Shown here: one piece after another, positions 39,001 through 53,114 of the stretch
Position numbering within the stretch: position 1 is the stretch's first letter
How the letters are laid out: the number at the start of each line of letters is the position of its first letter
Assembly: GCF_001194135.2 (NCBI RefSeq)
Contig: NC_068985.1
Coordinates: forward strand, 36,718,978-36,782,977
DNA length: 64,000 bases
Direction: 5' to 3'
Source: Octopus bimaculoides
Lineage: Eukaryota
Notes under the pieces: generated by a model
Seen by the model: only the letters and a program-made list of their open reading frames with translations
What the model was told of the DNA's origin: nothing
The model's database searches: none
Position numbers and translations under genes: made by a program

Positions 39001-41462
39001 ATGAGAATAAGGAAATTTGTTAGGTACACATATTTGTTAAAGTGGATTAGGAGGCAATCCTTAACCGAGGCACTTTGGTGTTTACTAGGAGCTGCTATTT
39101 AATACATTCGGCAGGTTTAATCACTTTTTTACAGTGGAAGTCTTACAAGGGTCATTCTTGGGCAAAGTGGCATCATAATCAAGCTGTTTGTAAATACAAA
39201 CAATTGTTTTGATGTTATAAAGAAAACTTTACGCTGTTTGTTCAATACAATAGCTCTTCTTGGACAATTAACTGAAGAACAATACTTTGGAATGAATCGT
39301 TTAGTTTGAGATGAATGATGTGAATTGAAATTTCCTCAGGCAGTGTATTAAAGATGAATTACATTTAGACAACTAACTACTTGCAGTTTGTGAGAAATAC
39401 TAAAGCACTTTGCTTTATTTCCGGGATCTACTTGGATAATGTTTTACGTTCTGAAACGGAATACAAATACATCGTATTTGATTGACGTTGAGCACGTAAT
39501 CTGCGCTTTCTGACATTTTCTTCTGACAATGAATGAATGATTCATTCGTGTTATTTCTATGTTTTCTTTTTGTTAATAGGAGAAAATGAAAAGATAAGGA
39601 AGAAACATCGCTCCTTTATTTAAGATTTTAAACTTTTCAATGCAATGCGCTAATTAAAATGATTGAAAACCTAGATCACAACTTTCAGAAATTCTGTAGT
39701 AAGAGGCATGATTTTCATGTTGCTATGAAAGGAGGAAATTAAAAGTAGAGATGCCTTTTAGTATTAACATTTGCACAGTTTAGTAAAATATAATTGATTG
39801 AAAATATGCTCGGGAATTCGAATTCATTTGTTATTTGCAATCAGTTACCTCGACTTTGAATGATGGATAAACTTGTAGTTCAGTTATGTAGACGTGATTA
39901 TTTTCAATCAAACGTCTTAATACATACATACATACGTGACGAATCGTCTAGTCATAATGTAGTACGTTTAGTGAAAAATTAATAAATAGGTACATATGTA
40001 GATAAAAGCAAAGCTTATCATCAATGATAGTTGGCATAGATTCTCAGGCTTTAAAAGTCCTCGTTATTGAATGGGAATAGCACAACTGTGTTAGAGAGAA
40101 TTTCCAGCCGTTGTAATTCACTTGGACTGGAATCAATCACTGTCAGGAATAGTTAGATTACAGTTTAGAAAACAGATGTTCCTTAATGTGATTTTCTTGC
40201 ACAAATATTGATTTCTAACATTGGTATAAAGTCTCAAAGGTTTTGTGGAATGGTTAGAGTTAATTAAAGCGGCTCAGTATTTGTATGCTATTTTATTTTA
40301 TCAACTTTGGAAGGATGAAAACAAAGTCAATCTCAATAAAAATTTTCCTAAAGCAAGGGAGGTAACTCAATATACTAACTTCCTCCTCCATGATCTAATG
40401 ATTTGATCAATTCATCGCTATTTTGTTAGACAAATTTTGATTTGTTATTGCAGTACTTGACAGGAAATTTATTTCACCATCATCAGAGGGATAAAAATTA
40501 AAGTTGAACTGGATGGGATTTGAACTCAGAACGCAAAGAGCTGTAAAAAAGAGACACTTAAGACATCGGTCCTCTGCGTTAACGATTCTGCAAATCTGCT
40601 ACTGTGTCGTCATAACAATCTTGAACACAACATTAAGAATATTAACATTTTTACAGAGATACACTCAATGCAATGGATCACAAAATATTGCTGGAACGTA
40701 TTTCTTTAGCCTTGGGTGGGGTGGGGAAGGAGAGTAGAGTCAAATAACGCGGGAATTTAATTCAGAAACAAAATATAGGAAAATAACTGACCGCACACTC
40801 TACTGATAGCACCGACTCAGTAAACAATCTAAGGATCGCCGAAGCGACGAGAAGACCTGTAAGCGGTCGGTAGGCCTACTGAAAACAGCAGCCAATTTGT
40901 CCAAACCAAACTCTATTTTCTTAGAAATGGAGTAACACATTAGGTAACATTGTCAGACAAAAAGTATCTGAAAATACGAGACACAGATACTAAAGCTCAA
41001 CTAGGGCTAAACAGCTGCTTAACTCAAACTAATAAAACTGATTTTGCTTTACATTTCTTTCTGTTACAATATACTGAACCTGTATCAAATGCTGTTAGAT
41101 ATTCGTTGAACCTAGATCTTCTGCTGGTCGGAAAATGTGAATATATAGTACACTCTGTCTTGGATTTATCATGCATTTTAACGGTGATTAACTGCGTAGC
41201 TATATATACTACTACATGAAGAACAAAACAATGCAAACATGCCAAAAGAAAGAAGCAAAATAAAAAATAAAAACGGAACGAAAAACACAAGACAACAATA
41301 ATAAAAAAAATATATCACTAATGCCATTGCATTCAAAATCACGCCCTCTTAGACATTGCAGTAACTGTTTGTACATCAGTCACTCTAGTTTGAAAGTTCT
41401 CATGCAGAGATGTCCGTCAGAAGTGCAATTATATCAGCCACTCCACTCCACTACTAACTCAC

Positions 41463-41476
41463 TTGATCATTGATAG
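41463..41476 (-). CDS. Candidate 14-nt micro-exon of an unidentified gene
   Basis: Minus strand ctcttttctcttctttaag|CTATCAATGATCAA|gtgagt. Splice-signal evidence only. Confidence 0.3.
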
Positions 41477-42269
41477 CTTAAAGAAGAGAAAAGAGTTTCT
41501 ATAACACAAAGAAAAGCAACTTATCAAATTTCCAAATCGCTGCATCTGGAACAGCTAAGCTAGGTCTGGCAGTCCAAGTCGGAATTTATCCACCAAATAA
41601 ATAAATAAATAAATAATATATATATATATATATANNNNNNNNNNTATATATATATATGCGCACATATATTTACATATGCATATACATTCATATATATTTA
41701 CACACATACACACACGCACATAATTAGATCGTTAAGCTCAATGTATTTAGTTCTCTCTAATTCTTTGTTTTCTTGTTTAGTTGTTTTCCATCCCTTCTAG
41801 ATTTATATAATAAATATATAAATAATATATATATATATATATAAAATAACAAAATAAATAAACATATAAAATGGCAAAAAAAGGCAGATTTTCTACTTGT
41901 TATTACGACTATTTCTTCCTTTTCTTTCTTTGTTTTACTTTTGATGAAGTGGGTGGCGGCTTTCACTCATTAAAATATATTTTGACAATATTAAAAAAAA
42001 AACAATGCGAAAAATAAACATAAATCAACGGAAAAAACTATAATATAAAATAATAACAAGGGAGTTACAGCACAAGCACAAGCGTTCCCGACATGACTCT
42101 TCGAAACGTCTGGTAATATTTTCAGTTTCTCAAAATGTTTTCTGCGTCCCATAGACAGACAATCCTAGATTCCAAAATCCATTGTTTTCTTTTTTATGAT
42201 TTGAAAAATAATCGAAGGAGTTAACGCAGACACCAACCACTGCCGTTACCACCAATTACCACCACCACC

Positions 42270-42299
<30 letters not shown>

Positions 42300-42302
<3 letters not shown>

Positions 42303-42516
42303 GATTTCTACTTTAGGCCCAGAAAATTCGAGGGATGGAATTAGTCGATGCCATCGCACCCCTGTACTTGACTCGTACTTTATTCTATCGATCGTGACAG
42401 GACGAAAGGCAAAGTTGATTTCGATGCGATTTGAGTCCAGAGTATAAAGAGTTGGAAGAAATGCCCCTAGTTATTTTGACCGACTCTCTAACGGTTCTGC
42501 CAACTTGCCGTCCTAT

Positions 42517-42592
<76 letters not shown>

Positions 42593-42800
42593 CCTTTCTA
42601 CTCTAGGCACAAAGCCTGAAATTGGGGTGAGGTGTAAGTCCATTACATCGACCCCAGTGTTTCACTGGTACTTAATTCATCGACCCCCCCCCCCAAGGTT
42701 GAAAGGCAAAGTCAACCCCGGTGGAATTTGAACGTAAGGACGGACGAAATGCCGTTATGCATTTTCTTCGGTGTGCTAACGATTCTGCCACCTCGCCTTG

Positions 42801-42846
<46 letters not shown>

Positions 42847-42875
42847 TGATGATGATGATGATGATAGTGATGATG
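42300..42875 (-). mobile_element. Two tandem SINE family B copies with trinucleotide tails
   Basis: Copies at about 42300-42512 and 42590-42799, with (ACC/ACT)n, (ACT)n-(AAT)n and (AAT)n-(GAT)n runs at the junctions. Confidence 0.85.
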
Positions 42876-43812
42876 CTGGTTGTTTCCCACAATACCAGCG
42901 AGTGGAATAACAAAATCACCCCAAGAGAGCAATAATAAAGAAAAAAAAAAGGAATTGAAGAATGATAAAACTACAAGTTCGATTCGACAATTAATCTTTC
43001 CTACAAAACAACGTTGGGCGTTGCGGTTAGGTATTAGTTAAGCTTTACAAATCAATCTTTCTTCCAACGGTAGGACCACTGCCATCAATTCGTGACTAAG
43101 TGCATCGAACCGATGTGAAAGCGGGTGCTAAACGGCAAGGAACAGCCTGCTCCATTAGCAGACACTTCTGTCAATGTGCACGACTGAAAGAAGGCTGCGA
43201 AATCTTATTCTTAGATAGCGACATTCTAATGACGGTGTGATGAATACACTAGTCTGTCCAGGCCACTCATCAGACTAGCTAGCAAATTGCTGCTTTCTAG
43301 TCGGGCATTATCATGGAAGCGTGTTGACCTGGCAAGTAAAATTTTTGTTCATCAATTTGTAATTGTCACCAAAAATATTCTGTTTTTATGTAAATAATTC
43401 CATAAAAATTCTCCACGCCACTCCATTCCACAAATTATTTCTTCCTTGCAGCATTAGTAGAAAGAAAGGCACGTAACTCAATACAGAATACTAATTCTGC
43501 TATTCCACTATCTTGAGACTCTTAACTCTCTAGCTATGATACAAGCTACACATTTGTAGGGAAAAAGTACAGTGCATTAAATCGACTTTATTACTTTGTA
43601 GAGTAAATTTAGAATATTTATTCTATAAATATTCTATTACTTGTATATTAATTCTATTTAGGTCGGAAGGGTGAAAGGAAATGTTTAATCAAAAACATCA
43701 AGGGGCGTAGGTTCCAATTCTGCCATACACTAATCTCAAAAGAAAAATTGTTCTGAATGTATATTCGTATTTTAAAGCGACGTTTATATTTAAACAATTG
43801 ACTGAAAAATGA

Positions 43813-43895
43813 TGAGCTAACCCAGGCCAGAATCGAACCCATAAATTAACGCTTGCGCATCCGATTGGGCCAAACGCTCAACCATCAATTTCAGC
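43813..43895 (-). pseudogene. tRNA-like fragment or isolated SINE head
   Basis: Minus strand has A-box-like TGATGGTTGAGCG and B-box GGGTTCGATTCT. No convincing cloverleaf. Confidence 0.45.
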
Positions 43896-43906
43896 CAAAT
43901 TTTATC

Positions 43907-43955
<49 letters not shown>

Positions 43956-44019
43956 AAATTTATACTCCACACGCGCATACATGCATATGAAAGCATGTTT
44001 GCATGTATACATATATGCA

Positions 44020-44175
44020 TGTACTTGTTGGCAAAATTGTCAGAGTGTCCGGAGAGAATGTCTTACAATATTCGCTTCAGCTCTGTACTCTCAATTCAAT
44101 TCCCGTTGAGGTCAATTTTGTTTATCATTTTTTGGAGTCGATAAATAAAGCACCAGTCCAGTACTTGGGACGATT
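44020..44175 (+). mobile_element. Decayed SINE family B copy
   Basis: TTGGCAAAATTGTCAGAG...AATTCCCGTTGAGGTCAATTTTG...GAGTCGATAAATAAAGCACCAG. Confidence 0.65.
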
Positions 44176-44206
44176 TCTATGGTCAGAACAAAGGCTTACG
44201 AAGCTG

Positions 44207-44555
44207 TTGTATGCTTCAACGAATGGCCCTAAATGTGAAATGGCAGAAACATATGACAAACGAATGACTTTATAGAAACCTGCCGAAAGTTAGCGAGAAG
44301 ATCAGGCAAAGCCGGCTGCGACTGTCTGGTCACTGCGCGTGCTACTCTGAACTGGAAACATCCAAATTAGTCATGTGGGACCCACTTCATGGTGATGTAA
44401 GAAGAGGAAAATGTCACACTTATATCGACAACTTGTTCACAGACACTGGCCTGGAATGTAACCAGGACCTTGAGGCAGTGATGTTGAATCGAGAAGTATA
44501 GCAGGTGGACTTTGTTGCGATGACTCGGGTTGGAACCCGGTCATAATAAATAATA
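44207..44555 (+). mobile_element. RTE/RTEX-clade LINE 3' end
   Basis: Translation QRMALNVKWQKHMTNE*LYRNLPKVSEKIRQSRLRLSGHC...LVMWDPLHG..RRGKCHTYIDNL..DTGL...MLNREV* followed by a TAA-rich tail. Confidence 0.85.
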
Positions 44556-45652
44556 GGGACTATTATTCTTCCTTCCATTCTCTCTGTATTGTACCTGTAA
44601 TTTATTGCTCCTACAATGCTGCAATCTATCATATTGATTCAGTTAAAAATTACTTTAAAAGGGTACATGTATCTGCGAAATACTCAGCCACTTAAACATA
44701 AGTTTAGTTAGCAGGAATTTAGTTCGTTCAAAAACTGAATATTCATTGTGAAGACATGTATCGTTCGAAATACCAGCTGATATCTGACGCTGTTTAAGCC
44801 TTTAGCACTCAGATTAGTCTGTCCAATGTAATATTTATTCATATTGTTTTAAATTAAACATGCATTAGCTTGTAGTTTAGAGGTTTCGATGATAGGATTG
44901 TTTAGTTTTAGAATGACGTTGTAGGGTTGAAGTGAGAAGCCAGATCTGGCCAATCTGAACATAAAACAAGTTAAATATTTTGGCCAAGTCACGGTGTTTC
45001 AATAAACTTGACATATCTCAGCAGAAAATAGTTTCAGACATGACATTCGTCAACTAAAGACAGGCTGGTATATAAAATTGCTTTCTACAGTTGAGGATAT
45101 TGAAAATTTTTTGTGGATATATCTGATTTCCACAGTATAAGTGTTAAAAGTAGATTTATCATCGGCTAACGAAGATCTGATTTCCTCCTACGTACAAAAT
45201 TTAAAATTTCCTGAGATTTATTAATTTTTTTTTTAAAGTCATGTCCCGTTGTTGTCGAGAATCACTAATAATTACTGCTATGATTTTGTTTTCTGTTCTT
45301 CAAGTAAGAGGTAAATTTTAGTTCATTTATAATACTTTTGCACACGTCATTCCGTACAACACCATCTGCATGATTTATCTAAATTCAAGCATTGGTCCAA
45401 ATGTACGTTACCTGCAGTCAAAATTGTTTGTGACATTTTCTATATGACAAAAGTCTAAATTCACGAATCGGACAGTCTTAAGAAAAAAAAATACGGAGTA
45501 AAGTCTTATACTAAAGTGTACTTACCAAAATGCAAAGCAGTAACTTTTAATTTTTAATATTTGATTTATATTTCAAACAAACACCTTTTATAATATTACT
45601 TCATATCTTTAAAAAAATACCACTCGATAAATTCTAGAAATTCTAAATTTTA

Positions 45653-45744
45653 TATCTCTGAAGAGCAGAAAATTTGTCTATAAATGCTTATCAATATAGG
45701 ATTCCATTAATAGGACAGCGCTTTTGGGAAACGATCGTAAGATA
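45653..45744 (+). ncRNA. Type I hammerhead-like motif with long stem II (probable Penelope terminal repeat remnant)
   Basis: Stem I TATCT (45653-57) / AGATA (45740-44), CTGAAGA (45658-64), GAAA (45728-31), palindrome ACGATCGT (45731-38), UH = TA. Stem II is about 63 nt and its closing pair is G-G (non-canonical). Confidence 0.6.
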
Positions 45745-46570
45745 ATTTTAAACCCAATTCAAAATTTTTAAACTGATATATTTATTATTTTATATTATAT
45801 ATTTATACTTATACATATTTACATATATTTTTACATATAGTTTTAATACTACAATTACTCTACACATGTATATATCTTTNNNNNNNNNNNNNNNNNNNNN
45901 NNNNNNNNNNNNNNNNNNNNNNNNNNNNNNNNNNNNNNNNNNNNNNNNNNNNNNNNNNNNNNNNNNNNNNNNNNNNNNNNNNNNNNNNNNNNNNNNNNNN
46001 NNNNNNNNNNNNNNNNNNNNNNNNNNNNNNNNNNNNNNNNNNNNNNNNNNNNNNNNNNNNNNNNNNNNNNNNNNNNNNNNNNNNNNNNNNNNNNNNNNNN
46101 NNNNNNNNNNNNNNNNNNNNNNNNNNNNNNNNNNNNNNNNNNNNNNNNNNNNNNNNNNNNNNNNNNNNNNNNNNNNNNNNNNNNNNNNNNNNNNNNNNNN
46201 NNNNNNNNNNNNNNNNNNNNNNNNNNNNNNNNNNNNNNNNNNNNNNNNNNNNNNNNNNNNNNNNNNNNNNNNNNNNNNNNNNNNNNNNNNNNNNNNNNNN
46301 NNNNNNNNNNNNNNNNNNNNNNNNNNNNNNNNNNNNNNNNNNNNNNNNNNNNNNNNNNNNNNNNNNNNNNNNNNNNNNNNNNNNNNNNNNNNNNNNNNNN
46401 NNNNNNNNNNNNNNNNNNNNNNNNNNNNNNNNNNNNNNNNNNNNNNNNNNNNNNNNNNNNNNNNNNNNNNNNNNNNNNNNNNNNNNNNNNNNNNNNNNNN
46501 NNNNNNNNNNNNNNNNNNNNNNNNNNNNNNNNNNNNNNNNNNNNNNNNNNNNNNNNNNNNNNNNNNNNNN

Positions 46571-46604
<34 letters not shown>

Positions 46605-47387
46605 ACACACAATATCGAACACACGTACAAAAGGTATGTGTATTGCCAGTTCGTAGGCAGGCTGCGATTTATAGGCACGAGAGAAAATTTTCTCGCTAAT
46701 ATACCTGGTGTAAAAGCACCTAGAAGGTATAGACAAGCGAAATAACTCACGCCCGGTACTGTTGTAGGAGTGGTAGACATTAACGTTTCATCATTTTTAT
46801 GACTTATCAATACCATGTACCAAAAACAAGGCTAGATTGCTCGCTATGATTATATCGGACAAAGAGAGACAGAGACAGACACAGACACACACAGACACAG
46901 ACACACGCACACGCACACACACACACACACACACACGCACCCCCACACATTCATATATATGTACACATATATATCTATCTATATATATACATATACATAT
47001 ATATACATATAGATAAATAGATGTATACGTAGTTATACATACATATACATACACATGTATATATCTTTATATATATATNNNNNNNNNNNNNNNNNNNNNN
47101 NNNNNNNNNNNNNNNNNNNNNNNNNNNNNNNNNNNNNNNNNNNNNNNNNNNNNNNNNNNNNNNNNNNNNNNNNNNNNNNNNNNNNNNNNNNNNNNNNNNN
47201 NNNNNNNNNNNNNNNNNNNNNNNNNNNNNNNNNNNNNNNNNNNNNNNNNNNNNNNNNNNNNNNNNNNNNNNNNNNNNNNNNNNNNNNNNNNNNNNNNNNN
47301 NNNNNNNNNNNNNNNNNNNNNNNNNNNNNNNNNNNNNNNNNNNNNNNNNNNNNNNNNNNNNNNNNNNNNNNNNNNNNNNNNNNNNNA

Positions 47388-47580
47388 ACACTGGTTGTCA
47401 AATTGTAGCGGGGGACAAATACGGCGAGCTTCTTTCAGTTTCTGCTTATCTAATTCACTCACGTGGCTTTGGTCGGCCTAGGGCAATAGTAGAAAACACT
47501 TGTTCGAGGCCACACGGAGTGAGACTGAACCCGGAACCATGTGGTTGGGAAACAAATTTCTTACCACGTCTGAGCCTATT
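47388..47580 (-). mobile_element. SINE family A copy (partial, abuts gap)
   Basis: CTTCTTTCAGTTTC...GCTTTGGTCGGCC...GACTGAACCCGGAACCATGTGGTTGG. Confidence 0.8.
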
Positions 47581-47636
47581 AAATAGTCACGTGTGCGCAT
47601 ATTAAAAAAGAAAGCAGAAACTAGCACTATATAGAT

Positions 47637-47676
<40 letters not shown>

Positions 47677-48949
47677 AGACACATGTATAAAGGCGTATGT
47701 GATAGATAAATCAATGTAAAATCTGCTAACGCTTTTATTAAGAATCAAAATATTAATTTTTTTCGAGGAAGCTAAATCGTTTATATGATAATATAAAATG
47801 TTTGTTTATGCATAAACAAAACTTTGTAATCAATAATTATACATGATTATATACTAAAATTATCTTTTAAGCTTTTTAATCATTCAGAAATCTGTCTAAT
47901 CATACTGTCTACAAGATTTTTCAATAATGCAAATATTTATTCATACCATTATTCCTAACTGACGCAGATAACGATTTCTTGCTTTTAAAAGTTCTTGAAT
48001 TTCATTTTGATTGAATCATATTCCATAAATTTTCAATAAAGTTTAGGTTTGGAGATTGTTGAGGCGAAAATAATGTCTGAATTTGAAGACGTTGTAGAAA
48101 TGTTTTGACTAATTAGATAGAATGAACAGAAAAATTACTACGCTAGTATTTAGCCAGTTTAGGAAAAAAATAACCATTGTAGAAAGTAGAAAATATTAGT
48201 TTTTTTTAACAAAATTTCTTCCATGTAATATAATTGTTTCTAAATTAAACCCAAGGGCAATAATTTTGAAGTGGAAAAGCTAAGTCGATTACATCGGCCC
48301 CAATACAGAATTGAATACATAGTGATTAAGGCAATGCAGTAGACGTTTGACTTGAACTTTCGTGGTTCGGCAAGATAAACGCGTGCGGTGGCCTGGCGGG
48401 GATAAAAAAAAAGAATTATAGTTTTTGTGGAAAAGAATTAGAGCAAGTGGATTGATATATAGAAGAGAAACTGGTGCCTCGTATGTTACAAGGATGGGAG
48501 GCTTTATAACAGGAGCGGATATATAATGATTGTAATAGTTGTAGAAGGAACGCAGAGAAGAAACAACACTTCTGTTGGCAAGTGGTTGTTGTCATTTAAT
48601 GCAGGTCAGCTTAGAACCGGTTAGACCTATGTTTGATAACGTTCCATTCGTGACTAATCCATCGTATATTTTATTTTCTAACCTTGAAAAGTAAGCCTGC
48701 TCTTTGTGATGCAGTTCCAATGATAATTCGTGTGTATGCTTTCGTGTTAGGAACGAACGAGGGAAATCGTTTTGGTGCTTATGTTAGAAATCACAATTTT
48801 TATCGGGAATGTATATACATTTAAGTTTATTGAGGAAATTATTGGATCGCGAATGCTTTTATAAAACGATGAATGAATGAATGTCTCAACATACGATCCC
48901 TCACTCCACATAAATCTGAGGCATAATGCCTCTCATAGGAATCACTCTT

Positions 48950-50580
48950 TATATTTTCACATTTTGTCATTTACAGCTATATTTTCACATTATTTTTTTC
49001 TTCGTGTTTTTTGTATCTGTCATTCATACTCTTACTGTTGGTTTTTGTGGGTAGGGGACAAGAAAAGAAAAGGGGAATCCGGCTGTTGTCATTTCAAAAA
49101 TTTTCTGTCCATCTTTTTTTTTTAACCGACATTTTCTGTTTCTTTTTATACTTCCTTAATCCTTTCCCAGTTTTTCTATATTTTTCTTCTGTTCTGATAT
49201 TTTATCATCCTTTGAATCCTTTGAAAACGTTTACTGATATGGATATTTTCAGTGTAGACAAACTGCTCCACCCCTATTCTTCTTCCTTCTTTCTTCATTT
49301 CCTTATCTTATTTATTTATTTTTTTTACTCGCTTCTTTCTCTTCTGTTCAATCATATTTGTTTATGTATCTCCACATCCTTCCATTTTTCAAAAACTTTT
49401 ACCTCATATTCTACAGTTTCTATTCCTTTCAGTTTCATACATTCCTTTCTCATCCATTTCTCACATTTCTCTCTTTATTTTTCATACACATTTTTTTTTC
49501 AATATTTCTGAAAACACATTCTATTTGTTTTACTTCTTTCTTTCCTCCTTTTTTGCACAGATTTCCATTTTCATTCACTCTGTTCATTTTTTGTTTTTCT
49601 TTTCTTCCTTCGTGGGACACCACCCTATCTCTCTCTATATATAATTTTTAAAAAAAAATTATTTTTTGCTGTTGTTTTATAATCTGTTATTTCATTGCCA
49701 ACTTACCGTCACCTAAATTCTACTTTATTAAAGTACCCGATCTATCTTTGTATTCATCTCTGTTAGTCAACGTATTATTGCTTCTTTTCATTCTCCAGCT
49801 TCTCATTTCTGACTTTCGCTACTGTTTCTTCCTCAACACTTTCCGATTCTTTCCTCTTTCCTTCCTGTTATGATATTGTGTCATATTCGTAAATTTTCGT
49901 TGATTTTCCTCCTATTTCATCAGGTTCCTCCTGTCATCATTTTGGTGCCCTCTTCCCTAATTGTGCATCCTTTTCCAGAACTCTTTATCATATATACAAT
50001 TGCTTGTGATTTGCACATTTTCCTCATATTTTCTCTACTGTACCTTTCTTACCCTGTCTTTCTCTCCTTTTCTTTCTTTTTCTTTATCTTTGAGCCTATA
50101 TATATATATGTACACTCTTACATATATATATGGGCTCAAAATGAATGCATATAGTTTTCATTTAATATGAGCATAGATTGCCATCAATCTGCATTTACGT
50201 ATATTTATATATATATATATATGCAACATATATAACATATAAAAATATAACACACATACATGTACATACGTAAACACATACAGACGCACACACACGTATG
50301 TAGATATACACACGGACCCTCTCATTCACATATTAATATATATATATATATATTGCATTTCTTCTGCATTTCTCCATTCCCGTCACATTTCCCTTTTCTT
50401 ATCTGTTCAGAAATGTTTTTTTTTCTCTTCAAAAGACAAATATTTGCTATCTATCCAATCCTTCCATTTGTTGTTTCTACACTTTTCACAATTTCCTGTT
50501 TATAACTATTCCATTCCATCTTCTTTCGTAACGTTTCGTCACTTCTCTGTCACATTTATCTTTCCCTTCTCTAATTTCAG
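48950..50580. repeat. Long pyrimidine-rich (T/C) low-complexity region
   Basis: Strong TC skew on the + strand, producing the F/L/S-rich pseudo-ORFs. A mirror-type purine-rich tract lies at about 3450-4370. Confidence 0.7.
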
Positions 50581-50635
50581 CCATTAAGAAGAGAAGTATG
50601 GGAGGTATCCAAAAGGTAAAGATTTATTTTCTTAC

Positions 50636-50670
50636 CCAAGAAATATTTGTTTTCTTATCCCCGAAGAGAC
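50636..50670 (-). CDS. Candidate 35-nt exon of an unidentified gene
   Basis: Minus strand ttttgctttatcttacag|GTCTCTTCGGGGATAAGAAAACAAATATTTCTTGG|gtaaga. Open as GLFGDKKTNISW or VSSGIRKQIFLG. Confidence 0.4.
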
Positions 50671-51207
50671 CTGTAAGATAAAGCAAAATTGAGGTCATAT
50701 CAGTAGACTTCTTATGGCCATAAACATAGCGATGCTGAACCAGTTTAAACAAAGAGGAAGTCTTTGACAGAACAAAAGATTCATGTTCGTTTCGAGTTGT
50801 TGTTGACACAACTCAAAGACAATGAACAAAGTCCACGATGACCTAGTATTCTCCTATTTGTAATACTGTTCTCATTTCAATAGTCTGTGGCGAATTAACA
50901 TGGGCAGTGTTTACGAGAAGCGGACCACATGAGAAATGGGTCATCATTATGCGAACCGCACTGCTAAACAAATTCAAGGATGTTTTTCATTAGGTGTGCC
51001 ATTGAAAAAAGTCCCGCCAGCCGTACTATGTATTAGAGTATATGACTAAATGCTTCGTAGAAGTTTTTGCTATGAGTTCAAACCCCACTAAGGTCAAATT
51101 TGTCCTTCATTTCTTTGGGGTTGGTATTGTTAGAGTGTCCAACGAGATTCTTCGTGTTATTTGTACTGGCTCCTTACAATCTGAGATCTCATGTAACTGG
51201 TAGACTT

Positions 51208-51424
51208 AATCTTTTCTACTCCAGACACAAGGCCCGAAATTTTGGGGGAGGAGGCCAGTCGATTAGGTCGACCCAGTACACAACTGGTACTTAATTTATC
51301 GACCCTGAAAGGATGAAAGGAAAAGTCGACCTCGGCGGAATTTGAACTCAGAGAGCGTAACGGCAGACGAAATACCGCTAAGCATTTCGCCCGGCGTGCT
51401 AACGTTTCTGCCAGCTCGCCGCCT
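51208..51424 (-). mobile_element. Young SINE family B copy
   Basis: The 5' ~170 nt are near-identical to the copy at 61495. Confidence 0.92.
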
Positions 51425-52129
51425 TAACCGAAAAGGAATATTATCATAAGATATCATAACAATCTCATCTTATTTTCAAATACTTCATATTATCTACTGT
51501 GTCTTTCCCCTTTTTCTTTTTAGGACAACCGTACGTGTGTATGATTTGAGTTGAGATTTGGTTCGAAAACATTTACTGTAGGATTGATGAGAGAATGATG
51601 AAATAGTGTTCCGAGAAGATTTAGTTAATCCGAGTGACCCTCATTAATGAGAGTAGAATGAAAATGTCAAGATAAATAAGGAGCGAACTCGTGCTAAGAA
51701 AATATCATACATACTTCTATCAGGACCCGTAACGTTCATTTCTTTTCCTTATCATTACGACGAATGTATTTTCTTATACAAGATTATTGGCTCCTTCGCA
51801 ACTCAGTCTGAAGTTACTTATCACATGAACGTTATCCGATTTCAGTAAAACTAACTATAATTCTAAATTTAAAGTTACTGGCTACCGTTTCTTTCAAAAG
51901 GTATCACCGTAAAGGGGACCATAGAGACAGATACATAGTCGTACATACAGATATACATTAGATTGGATAGCTTATGTTCAGTTCTCTGTAGAAGTGAACA
52001 ACGGTCTGATGTGGAGGCCATGAATTTGAGCTTGAGATCAAATTAGTTTGATGAGCAGACTCTGCCATACTGGCTCGACATGGCTTGGCAGAGGGGGTGC
52101 AGTTTTACTTTCATACTCTTACTCAGGAA

Positions 52130-52271
52130 TAGTTAAGTCGATTGCATCGATCCCGAAAGAATGAAAGGCAAAGTCGACCTCGGTGGAATTTGAACTCAGA
52201 ACGTTAGGACGGACGAACTACTGTTAAGCATTTCGCCCGACATGCTAACGATTCTGCCAGCTCGCCGCCTT
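52130..52271 (-). mobile_element. SINE family B copy (3'-deleted)
   Basis: AGGCAAAGTCGACCTCGGTGGAATTTGAACTCAGAACG...CTGCCAGCTCGCCGCCTT. Confidence 0.88.
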
Positions 52272-52639
52272 ACAGGTATACATAAATACATATATACACA
52301 CAAACACGCACACACATAGATACACAGACATACACACAAACATGTATATATATATATATATATATTTTCACTAGTCTTCAGCACAGTTTTCATCTTCCAA
52401 TTTGTCAACCAATTTCACTCGTAAAACACTGGGCAATAAAAGATACCTGTTTGCGACACCACACCTTAGGACAGAATCCTTGACCACTTGGTCGCGAAGC
52501 GAACTTGTTAACTACACTGGCAATACAAATGTTATCCCTTTCTCCCTCTGATTGGTCTCTCTTTACACACACACACATACAATCATGTATGTATGTATGC
52601 ATGTATATGCGTGTGTGTATATGTGTGTGTGCGTGTGTA

Positions 52640-52910
52640 TGTGCATATCGTTGTGAAGTCTCCTATCGTAGAAGACAAACGATATGTTTATTGTGATCAA
52701 ACGTCTGTGCTCATTTCCTCCTTGAAATCGACATTGCTTGTACAAGTGCACGGTGTGTCGCACGTCAGATGCTGAAGTGATTGCAAAGCAACGTGAATGG
52801 TAGGGTTTCGCTCGGAAACAACAACGCACACTCGGTCCGGGAATCGAAATAACGATCATACGAGTGATCGTGGATGTAACACCAAAACCGTTAGGCTACG
52901 CACCCTCACA
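52640..52910 (-). mobile_element. Decayed tRNA-derived SINE (separate family)
   Basis: Minus-strand B-box-like TTCGATTCCCGGACCG, with a body resembling the 4735-5100 and 60490-60785 elements. Confidence 0.5.
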
Positions 52911-52959
52911 CTCACACATACGCACGCACACATGCACACTCACACATGCCCATGCATGG

Positions 52960-53051
<92 letters not shown>

Positions 53052-53114
53052 GAACAAGAGTGGTGATATGCTCATGTGTTTATTCAATGATTTTTGAATA
53101 AACGTGTGAACAAA

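Noticed and set aside
43060-43330. Unique GC-balanced block with a good minus-strand acceptor (ttttacttgccag)
   Set aside because: All frames stop within about 35 codons, there is no strong donor, and the peptide is unrecognisable.
44794-44990. TTAA-GCCTTTAGCA start resembling a piggyBac-like MITE end
   Set aside because: No matching right terminal repeat in the window; the resemblance rests on recall only.
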